64,000 bases of DNA from assembly GCF_963853765.1 (NCBI RefSeq), contig NC_088857.1, forward strand, positions 20,336,001 to 20,400,000, read 5' to 3'. The position numbers and the translations under genes are program-made. Source of the stretch: Magallana gigas (lineage: Eukaryota). Below the pieces are notes generated by a model. It had not been told where the DNA came from. It did not search any database and saw nothing but the letters and a program-made list of their open reading frames with translations. Every line of letters begins with the position of its first letter. Position 1 is the first letter of the stretch. This document shows, piece after piece, positions 22,586 through 32,669 of the stretch.

Positions 22586-24748
22586 TTAGGCAAGTGGCTC
22601 CTCTTTCTAAAATAAACATAATCGTTATATACATGTAGTTATAAAAATGTACTTTTACAAAACATTAACAAATATGTACAATAAATATATACCGGGTTCA
22701 TAATTTCAATAATAGTTAAAGAATGTTTATGAACGTTTAAAGCCAGTACATCATAAACCAAGGTGGGGTTTTTTTACACTGAATTTCAAATTTTGTTAAA
22801 TTAAAGACATAGCTAATTATATAGATAATGTTTCAGAAGATACAATAAATATATACCGGGTTCATAATTTCAATAATAGTTAAAGAATGTTTATGAACGT
22901 TTAAAGCCAGTACATCATAAACCAAGGTGGGTTTTTTTTACACTGAATTTCAAATTTTGTTAAATTAAAGACATAGCTAATTATATAGATAATGTTTCAG
23001 AAGATAAAAATGAAAGAATGAAATTTACAAAAGTCTAATTGTCGAATTTGAAGTCAGTGAACAGGCAATACAAGGAAACAAATATATTGCCAACTGATTT
23101 TCATTAATTTCTGTATTTGTTTGTTTTACTTATCATTAAATACTAGTATATATTTACCTTAAAATGATCAAAACTGAAGAAAAATAATTTCCTTGGCATG
23201 AAGCCATCGCAATCGTCATCATCATCTTCTTCATCATATCCATCACCCTCTCTGTATAATGAAATTTGAAGGCATTGAAAATAGATTGTTTCCAATGTGT
23301 GCATACACACACATGTATGCGTGTTCCGCATTAAAAAGGGTTCCATTTATGCCTTAACAGTATTTTTTTAAATACATGAATTTCTTTATCATAGATACTT
23401 TAGATGGTGTTATTCTAATAAGAAGTTAAATAAATCCTGCAATTAACTAGTCTCGCTTACCCCAGACTCTCGCTCGTGAGAGGCAAGTCTCGAGAGCGAG
23501 AGTCTGGGGCACAGGCACTTGTTTCTGAGAAAAAAAAATTTACCCTATGGTATAATAATAACACGGTGTTATTATTATACCATAGGGTAAATTTTTTTTT
23601 CTCAGAAACAAGTGCCTGTGGTCTGGGGTAAGCGAGACTAGCAATTAACTATTTTTTTATTCGTCATTGGTCTGTACAGGTATACTTGAAAACAACAGAA
23701 GCATGTGTTACCTTAAAGTCCCGTAGAATTAAAAAAAAATAGTAAAACAACATAATCTTCATATCATGTACCTTATCTCGGCCATTCTGCTTTCACTGTC
23801 AGTAGCATTTGTATGCTCTTTCTCCTCGGTGTGGGTAAGTTTCTCAAGATGTCTGTCATTCAGGAGGTTCTCTTCTCCCACCTCCCCGAGAGTTCCAGTA
23901 TTCTGATCACTATCCCGCCAACATGCCTCTATGCCGTCCTTAGTTGGCCCCTCCTTTTCATTTTCGGATAATTTTTCTTCACACCGACTCCTCAATTCCT
24001 GTTCAACCTTTGCTTTGATGATAGTTTCCCATTTTATTTTGTTTAGCAAATTTTCCAACAATTTATTCAGTTTTTCAACTTTTTGTCGCTTCTCATTGCC
24101 TGCATTCCTTCTTGGTGAATCCTTCTTTGCTTTTTCATTTATATTGTCTTTCATCACATGGCAAAGTTCCAATTTATCCACATTCAAACCATTGTCCACC
24201 TCATGACAATCAGCATTGCCAAGTTGTTTCTCGGTAGAATCTTCTATTAGCTCCACTTCTAACTTCTCGTCCGCTCTCTCTTGCATTCCAGGAACGTCTT
24301 GCTTCTTTCCTTCTTGATCTGGTAGATTCTTGCTAAAAGCATGCTCTGTTGAATCCAGTTGCGATTTCCTTTTCACATATGGCCGCCTCTTTCGTTTTCG
24401 TTTGATATGTCGTTCTAATGCAAGGCGCCTCCTGTCTTCCCATCCGACGATGTCATTCTTTGGATGCATTTTCCCTTTTGTAATTATATTGTTTGCTTTC
24501 TTTTCATCCGTGCCTGGAATATCCCGTACCGCTGTACAGGAATTTTCCTGAATAATTTATGTATTTTAATTAATCATGTAACAAAAATAACATCTACGAT
24601 ATAAACACGGAAAGAAAAACCAAAGAATGAAGAAAATAATATGCAGTATAGTGTCACACACTATAAAATCTATAAAGTGACAAAATCTAAAAAGCGTAAT
24701 ATAGTATTGGTTTGAAACTTCACTTACCGAATCAGACTTTGAATCCAT
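22586..24748 (-). CDS. Uncharacterised charged, largely low-complexity protein, 4 coding exons, ~303 aa
   Basis: Exons (minus) 24748-24728 (MDSKSDS), 24547-23772, 23251-23158, 22606-22586. All are GT-AG and phase-consistent (912 nt). Includes the 236-aa ORF of the track. Basic cluster KRKRKRRPYVKRK and acidic run DEEDDDDD. The first and last micro-exons are less certain. Confidence 0.6.
22677..23006. repeat. Near-perfect 2 x 164-bp tandem duplication
   Basis: TACAATAAATATATACCGGG starts at 22677 and at 22841. The only visible difference is at a G/T homopolymer boundary. Confidence 0.9.
23448..23640. mobile_element. Mini Academ-like element (TAG...CTA, 9-bp TSD) carrying a nested palindromic insertion
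   Basis: TIR TAGTCTCGCTTACCCCAGAC/GTCTGGGGTAAGCGAGACTA. Exact 9-bp TSD GCAATTAAC at 23439-23447 and 23641-23649. Confidence 0.85.
23510..23620. mobile_element. Perfect 111-bp palindromic MITE with 8-bp TSD
   Basis: 55-bp arms identical in reverse complement around a single G at 23565. Flanked by GTCTGGGG at 23502-23509 and 23621-23628. Confidence 0.85.
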
Positions 24749-25612
24749 TATTCTGTTGTCTAAAACGATCGAGAGATATTTATGTTACAGGTTTTGAAAT
24801 GAAAAATTTTATGAAATCAATGTTGATCCATATGTAGTATTTGATATGCAGTAGAATTATCACTTTACAGAGCTATACTCACTCATCAGTCTTTAGTACT
24901 CTTTACCTGATTTGTTGGGTTTAGCGATGATTATTGCGTTGGACTCATTGTGACGTTACTTCATTTTAGCTTGACTATGACGTCACGTCTTATAGAATTC
25001 TATACTATTTATATTAATGGATATTATTCGATATATGTTCATTTTTTTTGTAATTTCATAAGTTTCTATGTTACAAACTCCGAATTTTAATGTGCATTTC
25101 ATTTACAATACATGTACTATTATATAAGTACTCTGATTCCAAACATATCATATTGGAAATGAATATATATATGGCTCGAGAAGTATAAACTAAGTAGAAA
25201 AGTGGCTATATTTCGACTAACATACATGTACATGTACGACATAACAAAAGAAAATTTTTGTTCACAACAAAACAATACAATTTTCTTCGGTCATATGCAA
25301 GAATACCAAGAATTAATAACGGTCGAATGTGATTTGAATTTTTGATACATGGACAAAAATGACCAATTGTCGATATATATATGTAACAGCTGCACAACGA
25401 CAAAACGCGACAAAATAATAATCTCAGACTTCCTCTCGTTTATATAAATATCATCTTCGCTGGATTTAATTGTTAAACTACTCATGTAGAGCTTAAAGTG
25501 GATGACGAAGTATATCCTTCCTGCTTTCGGCATCCTGCTCCCAGTATTAACAATACTAGCTCATAGCAAGTAGTTCATTCGAACGTGAAAGCAGCGACCT
25601 CCGACCAACAAA

Positions 25613-28555
25613 ATGCCGTCCAAACGAATGAACACGTACTTCAAGGACAAGCTTCTGGTATTCAATTCTGTGCTGTCCATCATATTCGCCCTAGTGGGCC
25701 TTTTAGGGGACTATTGGTGGGAGATGAATGTGACATCATCATCGACTGTTGACCTCGGGCTCTGGACTCAAGTAACTTGTGGTCAAACACTCTTTGGTGC
25801 GGGGAATTTTTCTACCTACGCTTGCTTCAAAGATGACAACGATAATAATGGTATAGTATTCGTTTATGTCTCTCTAAACGAAAAAAATAGATAGATTACT
25901 ATCTTTACACAAGCAATGTAAAGAAGGATGTTGCGACTTAATGATGAAAAGTGAAAATGGTTTTTCCAGCTATAAATCACCATTTTGAAGAAACAAGCTC
26001 ATAATGCTTCAGTTTTACTAAAGGAGGCTGGGTGGTCTGCCTTAAACTTTGACAGATATGTTTTTGGCCATATAAAATACATATACATATAATAACACAT
26101 ATAATACCGGCGCCAGATATATCAGTTGGTAGAGCGCCTGAATAGAGATTCAAGGGGGGCCGGGTTCGAAATCCGATTTGGTCCGCCATCATTTCTCCCA
26201 TCCCGTTACAGTCATAAGCTAGCATTTAGTAAAAATTCAAATATTGTAGCTTTAAAACTTGAGCACTTTCCTATATTTTTATAGAAAGCTCTTCTTCATT
26301 AGGAGGTAAATATAGCCTACAAATGGCCAGAACCATCCAGTTTTCTGTATCTTCAACCATTTCACGTTCGAAACCATGAAATTTGACTGGTGTGCCTTTT
26401 CCACTTCAATATGAAATCTTTCATTATTGACAGTATGTAAAGGATAAAAATAAATATAATGCACAGAGGCTTGACCTCACTACAAATATATTCAAGTTTT
26501 GAGGCCGAGGTGTAACTACTTTATGCATAAGGTGATTTATAAAATCGTTTTATTTTAGAAATAACTTAAGTGGTATGCCACACCTGTTTATATTAATGTT
26601 GATAAAAGTACACAATAATCAAAATACTTTCACCGTTTTTGAAATTTCAAATTTTACAATATTTGACCAAAAAATGTAAGGTACAAATTATAAAAGTCCC
26701 GGTGGGATTTGGACTCGTGACTTCAGATTCGTAGCTAGCACTGTACCCCATGGTGCTACGCTGTTGGGTGGCCGTTTCAAAGAAAAAAGATTAACCAAAT
26801 TATACTATACTTGATTTTATTGTTCATTTCGATCGGAAATACGTCACAATGTGGAGATGTCCCAAACCACCTTAAAAGTTGCGAATGTAAAAGGGTACAA
26901 CAAATTTTCCAATCCAAGAGGGAAAATTGTCTTAACTCATTAATTTAATTAAAGATTCAAAGACCATCTATTTTTTTTTTCAAACAGACACATTATACAT
27001 CTACATGTAGGTACACTATATTATGACATATTAAAGATGTATAATTGTTACAATCATTGAAAGAATTTAAATAGTTGGTATATATACATGATTGTGCATA
27101 AAATGAGTTTTGGATATATATTGATATGCAAGTGTCTGTTTATTTGTTTTATACAGGTTGGGTGAAGTTTGTACGAATTACGACCGCCTTTGGGACCTCC
27201 CTACTTGGTCTGGGATTACTGGTACACCTTGTGTACTTGCTGAAGAAAACCCCAACACTGAAGACATTTTCAGCTGGGGTTATGTTTATTGCAGGTAACA
27301 TTTGAACATATACACATGTACGAGGGTTGTCCCAAAATAATGTAGACAGGACACATAACTTAAAATCTGTTCACTGCAATTTCATTAGACTTCTATGTTT
27401 TCTTCAATGACCCTTTGGCAAACAATGCTGAAAAGTTCTAATCTGTACTTTATTTATTTCTCGAGAAAATGAATAATTAGTAACAACAGGTTTTGTCAGG
27501 CGGCGCAAAGTGCGACGTCGAAAATTTCCAGTTTTACGTTGTTGCTAAACCCTCCACATCCTTTACGATAACATTTACGTTTTATTTCCGAAAATGTCCT
27601 AGAAAAAATATTCTCTTTGAACATGTACCCTGAGTGCACATTCAACATAAATTTCTTGTTTTTGTTGTTGTTTTTTTTTTTAATATTTTCTAAGTACAAA
27701 CGATCTGTCGGCTCCAAACTTGCCCTGTATTACTTGTTGTCTAACGTCCGTCTTGCCGAAATGTGTCGTTCAACATTTTGACGTCCATTGATATCGTTCG
27801 GAGTTTCTTTTTTCCACTTATTGTCATCATACTTGTTCATATATTTTCAATGTTGTTTAACTACTTATTCACAAAACTCATTTTGTTAATTTCATTTCCT
27901 TCCAAAGCCGCTTATGATTTATTTCACGGTCTTTACAAAATTGTATCAGTTACTACTGCGCCGCCTTAAACGCTTAACCGATTAACTGAATAACGCCACT
28001 TGTCTACGCTATTTTGGGACAACCCTCGTATATGTATGTACCGGTATACCCATAACGGACTATGCAGTATCAAAGATTTTGGACACGAGTACTAATGTAT
28101 TCATTCATGACATATTAATTGATAGCTGTCGAATTATAATTAAATTTTCTACCAATCTTACCCATGCGAATGGATGAAAGAGATTAAAGATTATAGCTAA
28201 AAACTTAGGTAAAAACTCGTAAAACTAACACATTTAAAATATTTTTTCAACTATAACTGTTGTATTTTGCTCTTCTGTTTTAGGAGTTCTATTTTTCATC
28301 ATCACGTGTGTGATAATCGACCGCATTAAAAACCTGACGAATGGATATTCCGCCATTCTCTTCTTCCCTAACAGGGACACGATTCTCCGCCCGCACACCT
28401 TGCCCATCATGTTCATGTCCTTTACCTTCCTCCTCGCGACCATCGTCGCTGTGGGGTTATTGATAAACATGGACTACAAACCGGTCCCGCCCAGAGATCC
28501 CTTCCTAGAGCGCTCAACCAGTGTACAGCAGGCTAAAGCTACTTCACGTGTCTAG
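25613..28555 (+). CDS. Claudin/PMP22/EMP-like tetraspan membrane protein 1, 3 exons, 215 aa
   Basis: Exons 25613-25850, 27157-27294, 28284-28555 (both introns phase 1, 648 nt). Four hydrophobic segments and the ECL1 signature YWW...GLW...C...C. The protein ends in TSRV. Confidence 0.85.
26048..26210 (+). mobile_element. Solo LTR (type B) of the tRNA-like TRIM family
   Basis: ATACCGGCGCCAGATATATCAGTTGGTAGAGCGCCTGAATAGAGATTCAAGGGGGGCCGGGTTCGAAATCC...TTTCTCCCATCCCGTTACA aligns to the reverse complement of 16821-16952. The 5' boundary is uncertain and no TSD is evident. Confidence 0.65.
26566..26875. mobile_element. TTAA-flanked TIR element (Kolobok-like), family 3 copy 1, with internal tRNA-like segment
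   Basis: TTAA-G(G)TGGTATG...CAAACCACC-TTAA. Homologous in opposite orientation to 59499-59820. Confidence 0.65.
27319..28030. mobile_element. Internally deleted mariner element
   Basis: TIR TA-CGAGGGTTGTCCCAAAATA..GTAGACA / TGTCTAC..TATTTTGGGACAACCCTCG-TA with TA TSD. 712 bp, no intact transposase. Lies in intron 2 of claudin-like 1. Confidence 0.8.
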
Positions 28556-28567
28556 CAAAACAGAAGA

Positions 28568-28568
28568 A

Positions 28569-28603
<35 letters not shown>
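28568..28603. repeat. (GAT)n microsatellite in 3' UTR
   Basis: About 12 GAT units just after the stop codon at 28555. Confidence 0.9.
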
Positions 28604-29819
28604 CAATAGGGACCACGAAATGACTTCACGTGCAAAGTCCACTTGATTTTCCCTATCAAATTGATGGAGCAAAGTGATCATAGTGATCATTGTACCAATG
28701 TTTCATTAAACTTTTGTCATAGTCATCATATATCACATACTGCTGCAAAAAGATTAAAACAAGTGTGAACTTTGTTATAATGTTATGGGTTTTTTTAAAT
28801 AATTTTTATATTGTTTTTATATTATTTTAATAATAGTAACAAAACAATGTCATCGGTGGTCAGTCAAGTGACGTCATGGTGAATCTTAAAGTACATCAAA
28901 GGGTTAGAAGTGGCCTAAATCAGATAGATAAGCCATTCAGACATACTCAGAGTACCCATAAATCTGGTTCAAGTTTTGCTTTTTGGGTCGTAAAACTTTT
29001 GATCTGACTATATTGAACTACATCCCTCCCTGTTGTATGATATACCGCCCCTTTAAGAGTAGTGTCTACTTGTCGGATGATTTGTACCCCTGGCTCAGTA
29101 CTTGCCGATATTCCAAAGGACATAAAATATTTGTGTTTTGGTTACAGTCTGCTCCTCCTTTTCGACACTGTGGGATGGAGATCATTGATTTATGGCCTCC
29201 GCCTTAACATCGAATGGTCTGTTTGGGGATCTCAAAAAATTCCATGTTTTTTTCAACAGCAAATATAAGATCGCATTTTCTCTAAAACATATCAAAATAA
29301 TGTAGAATAACGAGTAACGTTTCCGCTTTCACAGATCAAGATACAAAGGAAAACCTGTTTGAGTCAAAATCAATTCAGTCAACTAAGATAATGTTGAAAC
29401 GTTTTGAACTCTTTCATTTAACAGACATGTATGGTTACTTTCTGTAAGATCGCTTGCATGGTTTGTCACCCAAATCAATATTCATGTGCTATAATGCTCA
29501 ACACTATTGTCAGAACAATATTTGTTTACAATGAAGGTGTTCGCTGTTACGATGACATTGTCTTATCCAAATTAGTCATGAGACTGTAAATAACAAATTT
29601 ACAAATACGCCATGGGTGCAATAAAAGCCCAACTGGACGCATGGTGTCACGTGACTTTGGCAAACGTGACAAGGCTGTATCTCGAGATAACATTGTAAAT
29701 ACATCAATTGGACAAGTTTAGAAAATGTGAACAATTCCAGGGTCCAATGTGCATTCCAAAATCACGAAAACATTTCTGTCTCTAGAACAGTCCTTTTTAA
29801 GAATCACGGTGTAGAGACC

Positions 29820-31139
29820 ATGTTGCATCCAACAGAAGCTGTTTTCTCGTTCCTTGCATTTGTCTGTTTTGGTCTCCATGTCACTGGGATATGCACGGCA
29901 GACTGGTGGAATCTATCGGAACAGTTTGCCAATGGAACTGTGGTGTCGACGTCCTTCGGAATCTGGTGGACTCGCACGTGTATAGATGATGTTTGCTCTT
30001 CCACCTCTCGGGACCTAACTGGAGAACTTGGTGCGTAAATATCTTGAATTGTATAACGCTGGTTTCAATATTTTTTGTGTTTGGTAAAGCTTTTTTTTTT
30101 TTTTTAAAGAATTCAAAATTAAATCATCTCACGAAATTTGCATTTTACAATGTCATGATGTAAGGAAGGGGAAATTGCACGGTTAAAAAGTCTTTTTATA
30201 TTATTTTCATTTAGCAAATGAAATATGTTTTCTATCATTTTAAAAATTAAATATATAAGGACAAGGTTTAAATTTTTTGCAGCGTGGTTGCTTGGGGTGG
30301 CGGCCATAGAGACTATATCCGTGGTGTTATATGCCCTGGCGCTCCCAGTGGCAGTGATGCTGGTATACCGAGCCGTGAGAGACCTAAATGTTGACGTCCT
30401 TAAAAAGCTATATGTGGTCATCTTAAGTGGAGCAGGTGGGAGCCTTTATTCTATCTATATAATGTCTTTAATCTTTTAATTAAATAAATCAAATGTTAGT
30501 AAAAACATGAAATATTACATATACGGACACACTGATAAAATATATCTAGACATGAATTCACTATTTTGCGTTTTTTAACATTTTATACACATTTCTTTCC
30601 GTACATACTTTTGGAAAATGCATGAAAGGTAACTTGTTTTCTGGCGGAAGCTGTTATTGGTTGCGCCTTAGTGTCTGTTAAAATTGGTCCGTCAAAATTC
30701 CATCACTTTTCGTTTTGATATTTACGATGTTTACCAGTGTGATCGGTGATTTTAGTTTCACGAAAGCTTTGCTACTATAATCATTGATAATTAATGGACT
30801 TGCATGATTTTCGCAGCGCTATGGAACATTTATTAGATATGGTGTATTCATTTTCTCGTGTGTTTCTCGTGTTTTCATGCAGGGGCTGTCATCCTCGTCG
30901 GAATTCTATTATTCGTCAAAAAGAAGGCAGGGCTTACGGAAAGATTTGCCATGGAGACCAAGGATGGCGTGGCCGGGTGGTCGCTAGCGTTGTCCTCGGC
31001 AGGCGGAACGATCGGTCTCCTGGCGGGAGTTTCCATGGGAATCAGTCTTTTTTGCAAAACCAAAGAATATGATGACGAGGAGGAAAATGCCGAAAAATCA
31101 CACGAATATTGGCAGCAGAAACACAAGGAAGTCAACTGA
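29820..31139 (+). CDS. Claudin/PMP22/EMP-like tetraspan membrane protein 2, 3 exons, 206 aa
   Basis: Exons 29820-30030, 30283-30435, 30883-31139 (both introns phase 1, 621 nt). ECL1 signature DWW...FGIWWTRTCIDDVC, four hydrophobic segments and an acidic tail. Confidence 0.85.
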
Positions 31140-31676
31140 CTACTGTTTGTTTTGATTTGACTAATACTAATACTATGTACAGTGGGAAATATATACAGAA
31201 TGGGAATGTTGTGTTATTTTCGTAATAAAAGACGATGAATTGCAGCTGGATTTACTGATAATCTTGAAGAAGTTCAACCATTTTAGCGTGGAATAATTTC
31301 ATCGGCCTTGTGGACACCACATTTCTTAAAGAATCAAAACATTCTGTAATTGGCAATTTGCGCACGCTCATTAAAACATTTTTTGAATGTTTATAAAAAA
31401 TTTTGACTATACTTATACCTGAAGTACTTTTATTTTGTTCACTAAATTTAAAATAAATGTCCCCTCACCAGTCTGTTATAGAAGGTTGAGAAAAAAGAAA
31501 ATCAGATCACAATCTCAAAATAGAAATATTAAATTGTGTCAGAGAAACATACACTCAGGTGATTCACAAAATAAAAGGGGGAATATTTACGGCAAGTCTT
31601 CACTGCCGTACGGGAATATCTCGGCGGCGGTATTAGCGTTGTTACATATACATGTGTATTACATTGCACAATATTA

Positions 31677-31909
31677 TAGAACAATTTCAACAATTAAGAG
31701 CTTGGACTTTTACGTAGTTGTGTCAGACAGCAATGTGACGGAAGCCTGTCTAATTCATTGCTGGCCACCCTTTGAAATCAACAAGATTTGTCTGGCTTTT
31801 GAATTAAAAGCATATCTCATTCAAAACCAGCGTCATTCTTAACATGTTTTGATGCAAGAAATACAGTTACGTCATACCAAAAGTTCAAGGTCTACTTAAA
31901 AAGGTTCTA
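31677..31909. mobile_element. TAG...CTA MITE (Academ-like), family 2 copy 2
   Basis: Termini TAGAAC/GGTTCTA with 3-bp TSD TTA. Confidence 0.7.
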
Positions 31910-31941
31910 TTAACGTTGTCAACTGCACTATAATTCAATTT

Positions 31942-32199
31942 TAGAACCATTTTAACAAGAGGTTTGACTTTGGTAGTTGTGTCAAACAGCAATGTGACGT
32001 AGGCCTATCTATTTCACTACTGGCCACTCAGCCATTGCTCTTTGAAATCAACAAGATTTTTCTGACTTTTGAGCTAAGACTATGCAATCGGTGTATATTT
32101 CGCTTAAAACCGCGTCATTTCTAACTTGTTTTGACGCAAGAAATACATGTAGATAGCAACGTCCAACCGAAAGTCCAAGGTCTTGTTAAAATGGTTCTA
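31942..32199. mobile_element. TAG...CTA MITE (Academ-like), family 2 copy 3
   Basis: TIR TAGAACCATTTTAACAAGA/TCTTGTTAAAATGGTTCTA with 3-bp TSD TTT. Confidence 0.8.
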
Positions 32200-32669
32200 T
32201 TTATGTGAAACATTGTGAATGAAAAAATAAAAATTTGCTGCGAGAAAAAGGGGGGGGGGGGGTCACCGGTGCCACGTGCCTGCATTATATTGAAAGTAAG
32301 ACTTAAAGTTACTTTTCTATATTACAAGAAAAGCAAAGGTTCAAAATATTTTTACGCTTTATTTGTCTGGTATAACATGTATATTATCTGTCTGGTCTAA
32401 ATTTGCGAGGCAATACTATATTCTACTATTCTATTAAGTTCTTACTGTAAACAGATATTTTTGAACTCAATTACGGTACATGTATATTAATATTTCTTAA
32501 CGTTATACAAAGCAGTTTTAATAACAAACGAAAGTTCCTTTTGTGAAATTTGAAATTATTTATTTTTGAATAGGGTTTTTTTGTTCCCTCAAATATACAT
32601 AAAATCTTATTATTGTAATAAATTAAACAAGCAATACAGATTTATCTTTTTCAATTAAATTTCATTTTT

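Noticed and set aside
23931-24551. Plus-strand ORFs rich in F/S/L
   Set aside because: Antisense shadows of the K/E-rich minus-strand exon.
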